Assembly (NCBI GenBank): GCA_963695335.1
Contig: OY968764.1
Coordinates: 1,216,001-1,280,000 of the forward strand
DNA: 64,000 nt
Source: an uncultured bacterium
GTDB lineage: Bacteria > Babelota > Babeliae > Babelales > Vermiphilaceae
Reading direction: 5' to 3'
Shown here: in pieces, positions 1 through 11,183 of the stretch
Layout of the letters: every line of letters starts with the position of its first letter
Position numbering within the stretch: position 1 is the first letter of the stretch
The notes under the pieces: generated by a model
Seen by the model: only the letters and a program-made list of their open reading frames with translations
The model's database searches: none
What the model was told of the DNA's origin: nothing
Translations under genes and position numbers: made by a program

Positions 1-27
1 AGCTTTTACTGATGTTCGTACTTTCAT
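1..27 (-). CDS. rpmJ: 50S ribosomal protein L36, 5' part (runs off window)
   Basis: Reverse complement reads ATG AAA GTA CGA ACA TCA GTA AAA GCT = MKVRTSVKA. SD GGGAG upstream; follows infA. Confidence 0.9.
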
Positions 28-40
28 GAAATCTCCCGCC

Positions 41-265
41 TTAATCCTTATATCGCAATACAATTCTTCCACGTGTTAGGTCATACGGAGACAACTCTAA
101 CGCAACTCTATCTCCTGGTAAAATACGAATATAATGCATCCGCATTTTACCTGACACATGTCCTAAAACAACATGTCCGCCTTCAATTTCTACTCGAAAC
201 ATTGCATTAGGCAACGTTTCTTTCACAATTCCATCGACTCGTATAACTTCTTCTTTTTGCTTCAT
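41..265 (-). CDS. infA: Translation initiation factor IF-1
   Basis: LPNAMFRVE...[17 protein letters not shown]...[10 protein letters not shown]. Confidence 0.98.
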   Translation of the reverse strand: MKQKEEVIRVDGIVKETLPNAMFRVEIEGGHVVLGHVSGKMRMHYIRILPGDRVALELSPYDLTRGRIVLRYKD

Positions 266-1047
266 GAAATACTCGCATTATTGTGCTGTTCAACATTCTT
301 GTTTGTTGTTAGAACAACAGGTCCTGTACTTGTAATAACTATGGTATCTTCTACATGTGCCGCCAAACTACGATCAACTGTTTTAACCGTCCAGCCATCG
401 TTAGCAACATATACATCATATTTACCAGCTGTAATCATCGGTTCAATTGCAAACGTCATACCTTCACGCAAAATGGGTCCTTTACCAGGCTTACCATAAT
501 TTACTATTTCAGGTTCTTCATGCATATTTTTCCCAATGCCATGACCTGCAAAATCACGAACAACCCCAAATCCATGTTTTTCAACTTCTTGCTGTATTGC
601 CGCTGAGATATCAGATAATCTATTACCTACACAAGCCTGCTCAATGCCTTTTTGCAATGCAATCTGAGCAACATCAACTAACTTTTGAGTAACTTCAGAT
701 ACTTGACCAACAAAAAAGCTGCGGGCCATGTCTGCGCAATAGCCATCCAAGGAAGCACATACATCAATTTTTACTAAGTCGCCTAATTTCAAAAAACAAT
801 CGGCTCGAGGGATTCCATGTACAACCACATCGTTCACAGAAATACAACTCACATGGCGATATCCCATGTATCCTTTCATTCTGGAAACTAACCCTTTTGC
901 CTTAATTTGTGATTCAATCCATGCATCAATTTCAGCTGTAGCAACACCTGGCTTAACCAACTGCTCTACTGAAGCTAAAATCTCAGACAATAAAAAGCCG
1001 GCCTTAGCCATTTTTTGAATTGAATATGTATCTTTTATATGAATCAT
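262..1047 (-). CDS. map: Type I methionine aminopeptidase
   Basis: [45 protein letters not shown]. Confidence 0.97.
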   Translation of the reverse strand: MIHIKDTYSIQKMAKAGFLLSEILASVEQLVKPGVATAEIDAWIESQIKAKGLVSRMKGYMGYRHVSCISVNDVVVHGIPRADCFLKLGDLVKIDVCASLDGYCADMARSFFVGQVSEVTQKLVDVAQIALQKGIEQACVGNRLSDISAAIQQEVEKHGFGVVRDFAGHGIGKNMHEEPEIVNYGKPGKGPILREGMTFAIEPMITAGKYDVYVANDGWTVKTVDRSLAAHVEDTIVITSTGPVVLTTNKNVEQHNNASIS

Positions 1048-1056
1048 AGTACGTAT

Positions 1057-1743
1057 CTAATTTCCACCTACAGCAGTCACAAATGCTTCAAAAACTTCCC
1101 CTAATGGCTTTGATGCATCTAATGTAATTACTTCAGTACCATTATGACGATAAAAATCAATCAATTGATTCTCATGTCTGTAATAAATGTCCAACCTTTT
1201 TCTCACTGCATCTTCAGTATCATCATCTCTTCGGCCTAAATGTCCTGAGCACAAATCGCACACAGTTGTTACAATTGACGAAAGATCTGACTGAGGAGAA
1301 AGCGAATAAACAGCCTGACATTCTTTATTTTGACATATATAACGAGAACACAACCGATTAACTACCACATCGTCGGAGAGCTCAAATAAAACAACTTTTA
1401 CCTGCACATCCGGGAGTTGCGAATTAATCAGCGTATCAAATGCTTCTGCCTGAGTAACAGTCCGAGGATATCCATCAAAAATAACCCCCGATGCCTTCCC
1501 AGTATTCTCATTAAGCCACTCAAAAACCATGTGGTTTATAAGGTCATCATTAATTAATTTACCAGATTTAATAATTAAATCTATTTCTTTGCCTATTTTT
1601 GTTTGTTCAGCAATATGTTTTCTGCACAAATTTCCAGTAGAAATCTGTAACCAACCAAAATGCTTTACACAAAGACTTGCAAGAGATCCTTTTCCCGCAC
1701 CTGGAGGACCAATGAAAATAAATACCTTAGTTGCCTGATTCAA
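1057..1743 (-). CDS. adk: Adenylate kinase with Cys-rich (zinc) LID
   Basis: GPPGAGKG P-loop, STGNLCR, DGYPRT, RRDDD; LID CQNKEC...CDLC. Confidence 0.96.
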   Translation of the reverse strand: MNQATKVFIFIGPPGAGKGSLASLCVKHFGWLQISTGNLCRKHIAEQTKIGKEIDLIIKSGKLINDDLINHMVFEWLNENTGKASGVIFDGYPRTVTQAEAFDTLINSQLPDVQVKVVLFELSDDVVVNRLCSRYICQNKECQAVYSLSPQSDLSSIVTTVCDLCSGHLGRRDDDTEDAVRKRLDIYYRHENQLIDFYRHNGTEVITLDASKPLGEVFEAFVTAVGGN

Positions 1744-3065
1744 CGCGCGCCCCTACCTCTTAATCTACCTGAAGTTAAAAATCCTTCATAACGATGTTCA
1801 ATTAAATATGATTCAATTTGCGCTGCCGTTTCATTTGCTACACCAACCACGATAAGTAGAGCTGTACCACTCAATATTCCTGATAAATAAAAAGGCATCG
1901 CCAAGAACCAATGAATGATATTAGGAATAAGTGCCAATCCGGCAAGATAAATAGCTCCCACCAATCCAATTCGAGTCAAAACATAACTAAAAAAATCAGC
2001 TGTTTGTTTTCCAGGACGAATCCCAGGGATAAAACCGCCACTTTTTTTAATATTATCAGCCAACTCTTCAGGATTGAATACTAATGCTGTATAAACGAAT
2101 GAAAAACCAACAATCAAAACAAAATCTAAAATGCTATAACAAAATCCACCTGGCGTTAAACTTTCTACAAACGGCTTAAAGAACGACCATTTTGCAGCAA
2201 GCATAGTTAACGTAAACATCGGGATATTTAACATAGCACTCGCAAGAATAACTGGCATTACCCCTGCAGGATTAATCTTAAATGGAATGTACGTACTTTG
2301 TCCGCCATATATTTTATTACCAATAACTCGTCGAGAATATTGAACTGGAATTTTTCGCTCTCCCTTTTCAAGAAATACAATAGCTGCTGCCATAGCAAGG
2401 ACTATGACAAATAATAAAATTCCAACCATTATATCCAAATATCCTTCTTGAATAGCTCCGAGTATTTTTATAATGTCCTCAGGGAATCGAGCAACGATAC
2501 CAGCAAAAATGATCATTGATGATCCATTGCCAATACCAAATAATGATATTTGCTCTCCAAGCCACATTACAAACATTGTTCCCACGGTAATGGAAATAAC
2601 AAACAGGATTCGTGAACCAATCCAAGGATCTATAACCAATCCATATCGTTCCAAAAGAAACACAAATCCTGTACTTTGGACCATAGCAACAAAAACTGTC
2701 AAATATCGTGTGTACTGATTAAGTATTCTGCGACCATAATCGCCTTCTTTACTTAACTGCTCAAGCGTTGGTATAGACATACCCAAAAATTGCATCATAA
2801 TCGATGCGGTAATATATGGACTAATACCAAGAGCAAATATAGTACATTGTCGCAAGTTCCCCCCAGAAAAAAGATCTAAGTAAGAAAAAAACCCACTTAG
2901 TCCCGAACTTTGACTCATCATTTGCAAAAGTTTATCAATATCAACACCAATTACCGGAATGTGATTACCTAACCGATAAATTACTAATACCCCTAACGTA
3001 AAAAGAATCTTTTTTCGTAATTCAGGGATATTAAACATGTTAAGAAAATTTCTGAGGAGCACCAC
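1740..3065 (-). CDS. secY: Preprotein translocase SecY
   Basis: FALGISPYITAS, GIGNGSS, GGFIPGIRPG, GTALLIVVGVA; position in spc operon. Confidence 0.98.
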   Translation of the reverse strand: MVLLRNFLNMFNIPELRKKILFTLGVLVIYRLGNHIPVIGVDIDKLLQMMSQSSGLSGFFSYLDLFSGGNLRQCTIFALGISPYITASIMMQFLGMSIPTLEQLSKEGDYGRRILNQYTRYLTVFVAMVQSTGFVFLLERYGLVIDPWIGSRILFVISITVGTMFVMWLGEQISLFGIGNGSSMIIFAGIVARFPEDIIKILGAIQEGYLDIMVGILLFVIVLAMAAAIVFLEKGERKIPVQYSRRVIGNKIYGGQSTYIPFKINPAGVMPVILASAMLNIPMFTLTMLAAKWSFFKPFVESLTPGGFCYSILDFVLIVGFSFVYTALVFNPEELADNIKKSGGFIPGIRPGKQTADFFSYVLTRIGLVGAIYLAGLALIPNIIHWFLAMPFYLSGILSGTALLIVVGVANETAAQIESYLIEHRYEGFLTSGRLRGRGAR

Positions 3066-3068
3066 TGC

Positions 3069-3539
3069 TTACAACTCCTTTGTTATAAGTGCCTTACCAC
3101 CAACTTTTTCTATTGCTTGTATTGCTGAAGCGCTGAATGCATAAGCAGAAACTGTTAATTTTTTGCTTAACTCACCATCGCCAAGTATTTTAACAATAGT
3201 ACCTTTTTTTATGTCAGATTGTTCACTTCTTTTAGGTTTTATAAGACCTTTTTGAACAAGAACATCAACATTTACTTCGTCACCATCAACAAATACTCTT
3301 TCCAAAGAACTAAGATTTACTAACGAAATTTCTTTGGAGAAAGGGGCATTACTAAACCCACGCTTTGGCAAACGACGTTGTAGAGGAGTCTGACCTCCTT
3401 CAAATCCGCGACCTTTTGGACCACCTGAACGAGCGTTTTGTCCTTTATGACCACGTCCAGAAGTTCCGCCACGCGCTCCACCTCGACCAACTCTTTTGCG
3501 ACTTTTTCCTGATGATTGCAAATTGTCTAAGCTAAACAT
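3069..3539 (-). CDS. rplO: 50S ribosomal protein L15
   Basis: [36 protein letters not shown]. Confidence 0.98.
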   Translation of the reverse strand: MFSLDNLQSSGKSRKRVGRGGARGGTSGRGHKGQNARSGGPKGRGFEGGQTPLQRRLPKRGFSNAPFSKEISLVNLSSLERVFVDGDEVNVDVLVQKGLIKPKRSEQSDIKKGTIVKILGDGELSKKLTVSAYAFSASAIQAIEKVGGKALITKEL

Positions 3540-4078
3540 TACGATCCTTTGATCAATTCTTTAACTGTTTTTCCACGTAACATAGCTATACGATCCGCTG
3601 AGCGAAGTTGCGCTAACGCATTCATCGTTGCTTTTGCTACGTTAATTCCATTACTGGAACCTACAGCTTTAGTTAAAACATCTTCAACGCCTGCTGCGCT
3701 CATTATAGCGCGAACAGCACCACCAGCAATATTACCGGTACCTTTAGATGCTGGACGAACTACAACTTTGCTTGCTCCATGCTTACCTAATGCTTCATAA
3801 GGAATAGTTGATCCGCGACGAGCGACTTCAATCATTCTTTTACGAGCTCTATTGGTTGCTTTAGCAATTGCCATAGAAACTTCACGACTTTTACCAAGAC
3901 CAAGTCCAACTTTGCCTTGTCTATCGCCAGAAACGACAAAAGCAGCAAATGAAAAACGTTTTCCACCTTTAGTAACCTTAGTAACCCTGCGAAGGCTTAC
4001 TACATGGTCAAGAAAAGCAGAATCTTTTTTATCTCTGCTGTCTTCTCTGTTAATTTCTTTTTCTCTATTCATTGTCAT
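3539..4078 (-). CDS. rpsE: 30S ribosomal protein S5
   Basis: [26 protein letters not shown]. Confidence 0.98.
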   Translation of the reverse strand: MTMNREKEINREDSRDKKDSAFLDHVVSLRRVTKVTKGGKRFSFAAFVVSGDRQGKVGLGLGKSREVSMAIAKATNRARKRMIEVARRGSTIPYEALGKHGASKVVVRPASKGTGNIAGGAVRAIMSAAGVEDVLTKAVGSSNGINVAKATMNALAQLRSADRIAMLRGKTVKELIKGS

Positions 4079-4101
4079 ACGTTAATTTCCTGCTATATCC
4101 A

Positions 4102-4458
4102 CTAAAACTTCAATGTACCTTCACGCAATCCATCAGCGAGGGCTTTTACTCTACCATGAAATTTAAAGCGACCTCTATCAAATACAACTGCATCAACACC
4201 TTTTGCTTTTGCACGCTTTGCAAGTTCAAGGCCAATTGCACGAGCAATTGCACTTTTATCACCTTCCACAGCATCCATTTCAAGCGAAGAACATGAAACA
4301 ATAGTATTTTGAGTCATATCATCAATAATTTGAGCATACATATGCTTTAAACTTCTAAAAACTGAGATGCGTGGCGGCATACCATAACGTTTCACTTTTG
4401 CACGAACACGCATTTCTCTACGAGCTGCAGTAATTCGATCTTTTTTATGCATAGCCAT
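4102..4458 (-). CDS. rplR: 50S ribosomal protein L18
   Basis: PRISVFRSLKHMYAQIIDD, VVFDRG.FKFHGRVKALAD. Confidence 0.97.
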   Translation of the reverse strand: MAMHKKDRITAARREMRVRAKVKRYGMPPRISVFRSLKHMYAQIIDDMTQNTIVSCSSLEMDAVEGDKSAIARAIGLELAKRAKAKGVDAVVFDRGRFKFHGRVKALADGLREGTLKF

Positions 4459-4473
4459 CTAGATTCCTACAAT

Positions 4474-5037
4474 TTATTTTTTGCCTTTACCAGCAGATTT
4501 ACGAAAAATCACTTCTGTTTGCAGCTTAATACCTTTGCCTTTATAAGGCTCTGGTTCACGTAATTTTCTTATGTTACTACAAAACTGGCCTACAAGATCT
4601 TTGTCAAAAGATTTTACTTTTACCTTTTGGCCAGACTTATCTATTTCAACAGATACTCCAGTAGGAACATCTTTTTCAATTTTATGGCTGTATCCAAGAG
4701 TCAAAATAATTTTATTACCTGCAACTGCTGCCTTGTAACCTAAACCATTAATTTCAAGTAGTTTTTCAAATTCCTTGGATGCACCACTCAACTTATTAGC
4801 TAATAAAGCATGATGAAGACCCCATTCACGATAAGTTTTGCTTACCTGCTTAGGTCCCATATCAACTTTATTTTGAACAGGAGCTACAAACAATTCAGAA
4901 TTTGTTATATGTGCACTCAATTCCGAAGGTAAATGATAAACACCAGAAGCTTTTGTTCCTGTATAATGAACTTCTTGCCCTTTGATTTCTACCTTAACCC
5001 CATCAAGTTTTATCGGCTTTCTACCAACTTTTGACAT
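4474..5037 (-). CDS. rplF: 50S ribosomal protein L6
   Basis: MSKVGRKPI, GLGYKA, LGYSH, PEPYKGKGI. Confidence 0.97.
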   Translation of the reverse strand: MSKVGRKPIKLDGVKVEIKGQEVHYTGTKASGVYHLPSELSAHITNSELFVAPVQNKVDMGPKQVSKTYREWGLHHALLANKLSGASKEFEKLLEINGLGYKAAVAGNKIILTLGYSHKIEKDVPTGVSVEIDKSGQKVKVKSFDKDLVGQFCSNIRKLREPEPYKGKGIKLQTEVIFRKSAGKGKK

Positions 5038-5048
5038 GAGCTATTCCT

Positions 5049-5447
5049 TTACCAAACAGTACAGATGATTTCACCACCTACAGAAAGTTTTTTTGCTTTC
5101 TGATGAGCAATGACTCCATGACTTGTTGTTAATATTGATATACCAAGCTGCCCAATAACCGGTTTAATTTCTTGAATGCCCATATATACACGGCGTCCCG
5201 GTCTGCTCACTCGTTGAATCTGGTGAATTGCCGCTTCACCGTCAACATATTTCAAAACGACCTTGAGCGTTTTTTTTGCATCTGAGTCCGAATTAACAAT
5301 TACAAAATCACGAATGAAACCTTCGTCTTTCAAAATTTGCGCAATAGAATAGCGCATTTTTGAATGCGGAGCAGTAACAAATGATTTAGAAACCATTACA
5401 CCATTTCGGATGATTGTTAAAAAATCAGCAATTGAATCAACTGACAT
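5049..5447 (-). CDS. rpsH: 30S ribosomal protein S8
   Basis: DSIADFLTIIRNG, VSRPGRRVY, VGGEIICTVW. Confidence 0.97.
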   Translation of the reverse strand: MSVDSIADFLTIIRNGVMVSKSFVTAPHSKMRYSIAQILKDEGFIRDFVIVNSDSDAKKTLKVVLKYVDGEAAIHQIQRVSRPGRRVYMGIQEIKPVIGQLGISILTTSHGVIAHQKAKKLSVGGEIICTVW

Positions 5448-5457
5448 TAGTCACCCC

Positions 5458-5643
5458 TTACCAACTTGTTTTTTTAACGCCTGGGAGTAACCCTTCAAGC
5501 GCGTTTTTTCTAAAACACATACGACACATTCTAAACAACCTAAAATATGCACGGGCTCTGCCACAAAGCTCACAACGATTGTAAGCTCTTACTGCAAATT
5601 TTGGTGTTTTATTTGTTTTCTCAATTAATGCTTTTCTTGCCAT
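5458..5643 (-). CDS. rpsN: 30S ribosomal protein S14, short zinc-binding (type Z) form
   Basis: 61 aa; YNRCELCGR...[16 protein letters not shown]. Confidence 0.97.
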   Translation of the reverse strand: MARKALIEKTNKTPKFAVRAYNRCELCGRARAYFRLFRMCRMCFRKNALEGLLPGVKKTSW

Positions 5644-5665
5644 CTTAATCCTGACGTAAATGCAC

Positions 5666-6217
5666 TTAATTTTTTAATTTTTTAAATGGTATGCTAAACG
5701 CTTGCAACAACGCTAATCCATGTGCATCTTTATCTGCTGATGTTTGGATAGTAATGTTCATACCATGCGTTTTTTTCCCAAGATCAAAATCAACTTCCGG
5801 AAACACTGTCCAGTCTTTGATTCCAACGTTGTAATTACCTCTTCCATCTAACTTAGTTGAAAGACCTTGGAAATCTCTTACTTTAGGCAACGCCAAAGTA
5901 ACAAAACGATCTAAGAATTCGTACATCATAGTACCGCGCAATGTTACCATTGCTCCAATGCCCATGCCCTCACGAAGCTTAAATCCTGCGATAGATTTAC
6001 GAGCTAAACGCTTCATTGCTCGTTGACCTGCAATTTTTGTCAATATATCAACTGATTCTTGAAGTGCTTTTGAATCAGAAACAGCTTCTTTAACCCCAAC
6101 ATTTAAAACAATTTTTAAAAGTTTAGGCACCATCATGACATTATCCAAGCCCAATTGCTGTTGCAACTGAGAACGGATTTCATCATTATATTTTATCGCC
6201 AATCGTGATTTGTTCAT
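5666..6217 (-). CDS. rplE: 50S ribosomal protein L5
   Basis: [27 protein letters not shown]. Confidence 0.97.
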   Translation of the reverse strand: MNKSRLAIKYNDEIRSQLQQQLGLDNVMMVPKLLKIVLNVGVKEAVSDSKALQESVDILTKIAGQRAMKRLARKSIAGFKLREGMGIGAMVTLRGTMMYEFLDRFVTLALPKVRDFQGLSTKLDGRGNYNVGIKDWTVFPEVDFDLGKKTHGMNITIQTSADKDAHGLALLQAFSIPFKKLKN

Positions 6218-6238
6218 AACGCAAGTTCCACTGCTTTT

Positions 6239-6553
6239 CTAAAAAATTTCCTTACACCGATTGCATTCTCGCACATTTTTTCCCGTGTCTAACTGTTTTG
6301 TATTAACACGTGACGGTTTTTTGCATGCAGAACACACTGGCATAACACAAGATACATCAATAAATCTTTCTTCTTTGCGAATGCCACCAGGCTCTCCTGC
6401 TCGACGAGGCTTCACATGATGTGTAGCAACAGAAATACCTTTAACCATAACTTTACCTTTTGTAGGCAAAATTGCAATTACGGAACCCTGTTTTCCTTTA
6501 TTTTTTCCCGACAAGACTTGCACCACGTCGTTTTTTTTAATACGCGCTATCAT
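6239..6553 (-). CDS. rplX: 50S ribosomal protein L24 (C-terminal CxxC...CxxC)
   Basis: IKKNDVVQVLSGKNKGKQG KOW motif; CSAC/CNRC. Confidence 0.96.
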   Translation of the reverse strand: MIARIKKNDVVQVLSGKNKGKQGSVIAILPTKGKVMVKGISVATHHVKPRRAGEPGGIRKEERFIDVSCVMPVCSACKKPSRVNTKQLDTGKNVRECNRCKEIF

Positions 6554-6564
6554 GAATTATACCT

Positions 6565-6930
6565 TTACAAAACTTCTGGGGCTAAAGACGAAATTTTAGC
6601 ATATCCACGCGTACGCAATTCACGCGCAATTGGTCCAAAAATTCGTGTTCCAATAATTTCACCCTGCTTAATAATAACGGCAGCATTCTCACTAAAACGA
6701 ATGTAGCTACCATCTGCACGGCGAAACTCTTTTTTTGTTCGCACAATCACCGCTTCAACAACATCGCCTTTTTTGACCATACCACCTGGAATAGCTTTTT
6801 TTACAGCGCATTTAATTCTGTCGCCTAAATGAGCATAACGCTTTCTTGTGCTACCAATGATATGGATACACTGCAAAGCTTTTGCACCAGAGTTATCAGC
6901 TACCTCAAGATACGATTCCTTTTGAACCAT
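6565..6930 (-). CDS. rplN: 50S ribosomal protein L14
   Basis: [35 protein letters not shown]. Confidence 0.98.
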   Translation of the reverse strand: MVQKESYLEVADNSGAKALQCIHIIGSTRKRYAHLGDRIKCAVKKAIPGGMVKKGDVVEAVIVRTKKEFRRADGSYIRFSENAAVIIKQGEIIGTRIFGPIARELRTRGYAKISSLAPEVL

Positions 6931-6947
6931 AGCAAATACCTCTTATA

Positions 6948-7214
6948 TTATGATTTACTGCTCGTTACAACTGTGGCAAGGTACATATACTTTGTTTTTG
7001 CTAATGGACGACCTTGATAAAATCTAACAACGTCCCCAACTTTTGCTTGATTAGTTTCATCATGCACTTTATAAGATTTTGTTTTTCTTAAAATCTTACG
7101 AAATTTAGGATGAATATATGTTTGCTCTATTTCAACAACAATGGTTTTATCCATCTTGTCAGAAACAACCTTACCTTCAAAAAGCTGTTTTGTTTTTTCA
7201 GCTTTTATTTCCAT
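6948..7214 (-). CDS. rpsQ: 30S ribosomal protein S17
   Basis: GKVVSDKMDKTIVV, HPKF, VHDE, RPLAKTK. Confidence 0.96.
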   Translation of the reverse strand: MEIKAEKTKQLFEGKVVSDKMDKTIVVEIEQTYIHPKFRKILRKTKSYKVHDETNQAKVGDVVRFYQGRPLAKTKYMYLATVVTSSKS

Positions 7215-7226
7215 AAAAAACCTCTT

Positions 7227-7454
7227 TTACTGTTGACTACCCATAGCTGAAGCTTTTTTTGCTTGCATAGCAGTCAAAATACGCGCAGCCTGTTTACGTA
7301 GTTTTTTATATTGAGAAGAATCTTTAACTTGAGTTGATGCCGCATTGACACGTAACCCAAAAAGATCTTGTCGTGTACCTTCTAATCTCTTCTGTAAATC
7401 TTCAGCTGATAATTGCTGAAGTTTTTGCATAAAACCCATTTGTTTCATAATCAA
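7227..7454 (-). CDS. rpmC: 50S ribosomal protein L29
   Basis: LFGLR...LRKQAARILT; between rplP and rpsQ. Confidence 0.9.
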   Translation of the reverse strand: MIMKQMGFMQKLQQLSAEDLQKRLEGTRQDLFGLRVNAASTQVKDSSQYKKLRKQAARILTAMQAKKASAMGSQQ

Positions 7455-7463
7455 CTCTAAAAA

Positions 7464-7922
7464 TTATTCTGCATTTGTTGATTGATTTTTATCTGCATGC
7501 TCATTAACTAACTCTTCACCTTTTTTAACTACACGAGTCTTCATAGGAAGCTTATATGCAGCAAGCTTCAATACTTTTCTCGCCAATGTTTCATCAACAC
7601 CAGCAACTTCACATACAACACGGCCGCGTTTTACCACCGCAACCCAAACTTCAGGGTTTCCTTTACCTTTACCCATTCGCGTTTCAGCTGGCTTTTTGGT
7701 AACCGGTTTATCAGGGAAGACACGTATATAAGAACTTCCAACTTTTCTTAAATGTCGTGATAACGTTACACGCATCGCTTCAATTTGTTGCGCTGAAACT
7801 CTGCTTGGTTCAACTGCTTCTAAACCATATTCCCCAAAATAAACGGTTCGAGCACCTTTTGATAGACCTTTTATTCTACCTTTTTGAACTTTTCTAAATT
7901 TTATTTTTTTTGGCATCAACAT
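7464..7922 (-). CDS. rplP: 50S ribosomal protein L16
   Basis: [33 protein letters not shown]. Confidence 0.98.
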   Translation of the reverse strand: MLMPKKIKFRKVQKGRIKGLSKGARTVYFGEYGLEAVEPSRVSAQQIEAMRVTLSRHLRKVGSSYIRVFPDKPVTKKPAETRMGKGKGNPEVWVAVVKRGRVVCEVAGVDETLARKVLKLAAYKLPMKTRVVKKGEELVNEHADKNQSTNAE

Positions 7923-7947
7923 GATTAAATCTCGTATTTAAAAAACA

Positions 7948-8586
7948 TTATCTGATATGTTGATACTCGCCTTTGCAGACCCACACCTGAACACCAATCA
8001 TACCGTATGTTGTTTTTGCTTCTGCACGACCATAGTCGACGTCAGCTCTTAAAGTATGAAGAGGAACAGATCCAACACGAGTCCACTCTCTGCGAGCAAT
8101 TTCCGCGCCTTGTAGTCTGCCAGAACAACAAATTTTTATACCTTTAGCTGCACCACGCATAACCGTTTGGGCTGCACGTTTCATAGCTCGCTTATAACTC
8201 ACACGCTGTTCAAGCTGAGTAGCTATGTTTTGAGCTATTAAATTAGCATCAAGTTCTGGCTTAGCAACTTCTTGTACTGAAATTTCAATATTTTGTTTTT
8301 TCAATAAAGAAGAAAGCTGGTTACGAAGAGTTTCAATTTCTTGACCCTTCTTACCAATAATATGACCAGGACGACCTGATTGAATAATAATACGAATACT
8401 ATCGGCAGCTTTTTCTATTTCAATACGAGAAACTTCAGCTTTCTCCAAAGCAGACTTCAGGTATCTTCTAATAATCATATCTTCTATAAGAAGCTTACCG
8501 TACTTGTTACCTTGAGCAAACCAACGAGAATCCCAAAAACGATATATTCCTAAACGAAATCCTATAGGATGTACCTTTTGACCCAC
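7948..8586 (-). CDS. rpsC: 30S ribosomal protein S3
   Basis: MGQKVHPIGFRLG, SGRLQGAEIAR, VPLHTLRADVDY. Confidence 0.98.
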   Translation of the reverse strand: MGQKVHPIGFRLGIYRFWDSRWFAQGNKYGKLLIEDMIIRRYLKSALEKAEVSRIEIEKAADSIRIIIQSGRPGHIIGKKGQEIETLRNQLSSLLKKQNIEISVQEVAKPELDANLIAQNIATQLEQRVSYKRAMKRAAQTVMRGAAKGIKICCSGRLQGAEIARREWTRVGSVPLHTLRADVDYGRAEAKTTYGMIGVQVWVCKGEYQHIR

Positions 8587-8587
8587 C

Positions 8588-8935
8588 TTATTCCTTCTTC
8601 TTTGTACAAGCTTCTAAGATAACGCTTGCATGGCTAAATCGTTTACGATAAGGATTTGATCTGCCCATTGCACCTGGTTTATAGTACTTGTGCATAGGTC
8701 CATGATCAATACGTATATCAACAATTTTCAAATCAGACATCGTAATATTATGAAGATCTTTAGCGTTAGCAGCTGCAGACTCTATCATTTTTTTAATAGG
8801 TACTGATCGCTTTACTGTGACTGTAGAAAGCCACCTAACCGCTTGCTCCACATTTTTACCACGAACCACATCCGCAAATGGGCGTAATTTAAAGGGAGAA
8901 ATATTTAAAAATCTACTTTTTGCACTAAATTGCAT
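8588..8935 (-). CDS. rplV: 50S ribosomal protein L22
   Basis: ISPFKLR..ADVVRGK, SAAANA, GAMGR. Confidence 0.95.
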   Translation of the reverse strand: MQFSAKSRFLNISPFKLRPFADVVRGKNVEQAVRWLSTVTVKRSVPIKKMIESAAANAKDLHNITMSDLKIVDIRIDHGPMHKYYKPGAMGRSNPYRKRFSHASVILEACTKKKE

Positions 8936-9032
8936 CAGGAAACCTCAACTAATTATTTAAGATTCGTTATATAATCAATTTGAATCTTAATATTTATTCT
9001 ACCGTAAAGATTGACAAGTGACAACCTTAAAC

Positions 9033-9314
9033 TTATGCCGTCATACCTGCTTTACGCTGACCACTATGAAGCCTAAAGGTTCTTGTCGGAGAAAACTCTC
9101 CCAAACGATGACCAACCATATTTTCAGTTACAAAAACTGAAATGAACTTTTTTCCGTTGTGCACAGCAAAAGTCAGCCCCACAAACTCAGGTGTAATTAA
9201 ACTTCTGCGAGACCATGTTTTAATAGCTTCGCGCTTTCCACCTTCTTTAGCTTTAGCAACTTTCAGAGCCAACGAATCTTGTACGTATGGGCCCTTTTTT
9301 GAAGAACGTGCCAT
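9033..9314 (-). CDS. rpsS: 30S ribosomal protein S19
   Basis: [30 protein letters not shown]. Confidence 0.98.
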   Translation of the reverse strand: MARSSKKGPYVQDSLALKVAKAKEGGKREAIKTWSRRSLITPEFVGLTFAVHNGKKFISVFVTENMVGHRLGEFSPTRTFRLHSGQRKAGMTA

Positions 9315-9331
9315 ATCTTACCCCGTTAACC

Positions 9332-10159
9332 TTATGGTTTTCTTCGTTTTATAATTAACTGATTTACTCTACGTACTTTACGCGTACGTGTACCTTTGCA
9401 GCCTTTACCCCACGGAGATCTTGGATGTGAACCAGATTTAGATCTACCTTCACCACCACCATGTGGATGGTCAACTGGGTTCATAGCCATACCACGAACA
9501 GAAGGTCTAAACCCTAAGTGTCTGATACGACCTGCTTTACCCCATGAGATATTCTTAAAGTCTGCATTGCCAAGTTGTCCAATGGTTGCCCAACAGTTTT
9601 CGAGTACCATACGGATTTCTCCGGAAGGCATTTTCAATGTTACAAAACCATCAGTTTTACCAACGATCTGAGCAGAAGTACCTGCACTACGCGCAAATGT
9701 TCCACCAGCTCCTGGACGAACTTCAATATTATGAATCATAAAGCCATCTGGAATATTCTTAAGAGGTAATGCGTTACCAACTTTAGCATCAGCATTTTCG
9801 CTGGCCATAATTGCATCGCCCACATTAAGATTTTCCGGCTTGAGCAAATATTTCTTTGAACCATTAACATACGATACAAGCATAATACGAACATTACGAT
9901 TTGGATCATATTCAATAGTAGTAACTTTACCCACAACATCACGATCAGTCCGTTTAAAATCAATTATGCGATACCTTTTATCAGCACCGCCACCACGATG
10001 ACGTGTTGTAATTCTTCCATAGCTGTTACGACCACCGGATCTTCTTTGTAATCCAGTAACCAAACTTGCATGTGGCTTTGTTGTTGTAATATCATTTGAA
10101 GTTACAAACGACTGAAAGCGTAATGAAGAATTTCGTGGTTTTCGTTTTATTATGGCCAT
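9332..10159 (-). CDS. rplB: 50S ribosomal protein L2
   Basis: GRITTRHRGGG, EYDPNR, RGMAMNPVDHPHGGGEGR. Confidence 0.98.
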   Translation of the reverse strand: MAIIKRKPRNSSLRFQSFVTSNDITTTKPHASLVTGLQRRSGGRNSYGRITTRHRGGGADKRYRIIDFKRTDRDVVGKVTTIEYDPNRNVRIMLVSYVNGSKKYLLKPENLNVGDAIMASENADAKVGNALPLKNIPDGFMIHNIEVRPGAGGTFARSAGTSAQIVGKTDGFVTLKMPSGEIRMVLENCWATIGQLGNADFKNISWGKAGRIRHLGFRPSVRGMAMNPVDHPHGGGEGRSKSGSHPRSPWGKGCKGTRTRKVRRVNQLIIKRRKP

Positions 10160-10208
10160 TGGAGCCTCGTGTCTTTCTCATTAAAAACTAAAAAAAACGT
10201 ATTATGTT

Positions 10209-10535
10209 TTATTCTACGTCTCTTGGGTTAACAGATTTACCTTGCCCAAAAATATCAATAGAATAACCCTCTTTAAGAGTCACATAAACACGTTTTGTAG
10301 TTGATCCTTCTATAACCGTACGACGCACTCTACGAGACTTGCCTACACGATTGAGAGTATTAACTTTTTCTACTTTAACATTGAACAAGCGCTGCAATGC
10401 TTCTTTAATTTGCATTTTATTCGCTTGTGGATGTACTTTTAGTACCAATTTTTTTAATTTCTGGTTAAGCAATGTTGCTTTCTCAGAAACAACTGGTCCC
10501 TTAATAATTTCATGTACATTTAAATTTAGAGCCAT
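10209..10535 (-). CDS. rplW: 50S ribosomal protein L23
   Basis: [29 protein letters not shown]. Confidence 0.95.
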   Translation of the reverse strand: MALNLNVHEIIKGPVVSEKATLLNQKLKKLVLKVHPQANKMQIKEALQRLFNVKVEKVNTLNRVGKSRRVRRTVIEGSTTKRVYVTLKEGYSIDIFGQGKSVNPRDVE

Positions 10536-11176
10536 TGTGAAACCATCCCTTTGAATTGATCAAAATCTTTCTTCAAAAATAACCAGCAATCACTATTTGC
10601 TAGATCATATGCATTTACTTGATCAAATGATAAAGGTCGCACATTTGGAATGTTCGCAAATGATAAAGCCGAATGGAAATCATAAGGCGCAACAAATAAA
10701 ACTATTTTTTTGTTTGTAAGACCGGGTGTATTAACAAGCTCTTGAGCTTGTGCAGTTTTTGGTTGCTCACTAGAAAGTTCCCAATCAGCACAAATAACAT
10801 TCTTCTGATCAAGACTGTTTGCAAGCATAGTCAACAAAACTTTACGTTTCATTTGCTTAGGCATTTTTACCATTCTTACACGAGCTTGTGGACCAAAAAT
10901 AGCACCGCCACCTTTCCAAAGTGGTGAACGAGCAGAGCCAGCACGCGCACGCCCTGTTCCTTTTTGCTTCCAAGGCTTACGATTTGTGTAAGCAACATCT
11001 GAACGCCCCTTACATGCTACGGTTCCTTGGCGCCAATTTTGCGCTAAAACACGTATCCATGTTGAAAAGGTTGCCGGATCTGCCTTTACGAATGCTGTTG
11101 AATCAAAATCCAATTCTTGCGCAGCAACTGCATAAAGCTTATGTGTCGCAGAATTATTAACTGTTTGTTTATTCAT
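10526..11176 (-). CDS. rplD: 50S ribosomal protein L4
   Basis: [35 protein letters not shown]. Confidence 0.96.
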   Translation of the reverse strand: MNKQTVNNSATHKLYAVAAQELDFDSTAFVKADPATFSTWIRVLAQNWRQGTVACKGRSDVAYTNRKPWKQKGTGRARAGSARSPLWKGGGAIFGPQARVRMVKMPKQMKRKVLLTMLANSLDQKNVICADWELSSEQPKTAQAQELVNTPGLTNKKIVLFVAPYDFHSALSFANIPNVRPLSFDQVNAYDLANSDCWLFLKKDFDQFKGMVSQWL

Positions 11177-11183
11177 TATTCAC

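Noticed and set aside
8936..9032. 97-nt rpsS-rplV gap with a 9-bp inverted repeat (8957-8990) as an ncRNA
   Set aside because: AT-rich stem with a long loop and no other support.
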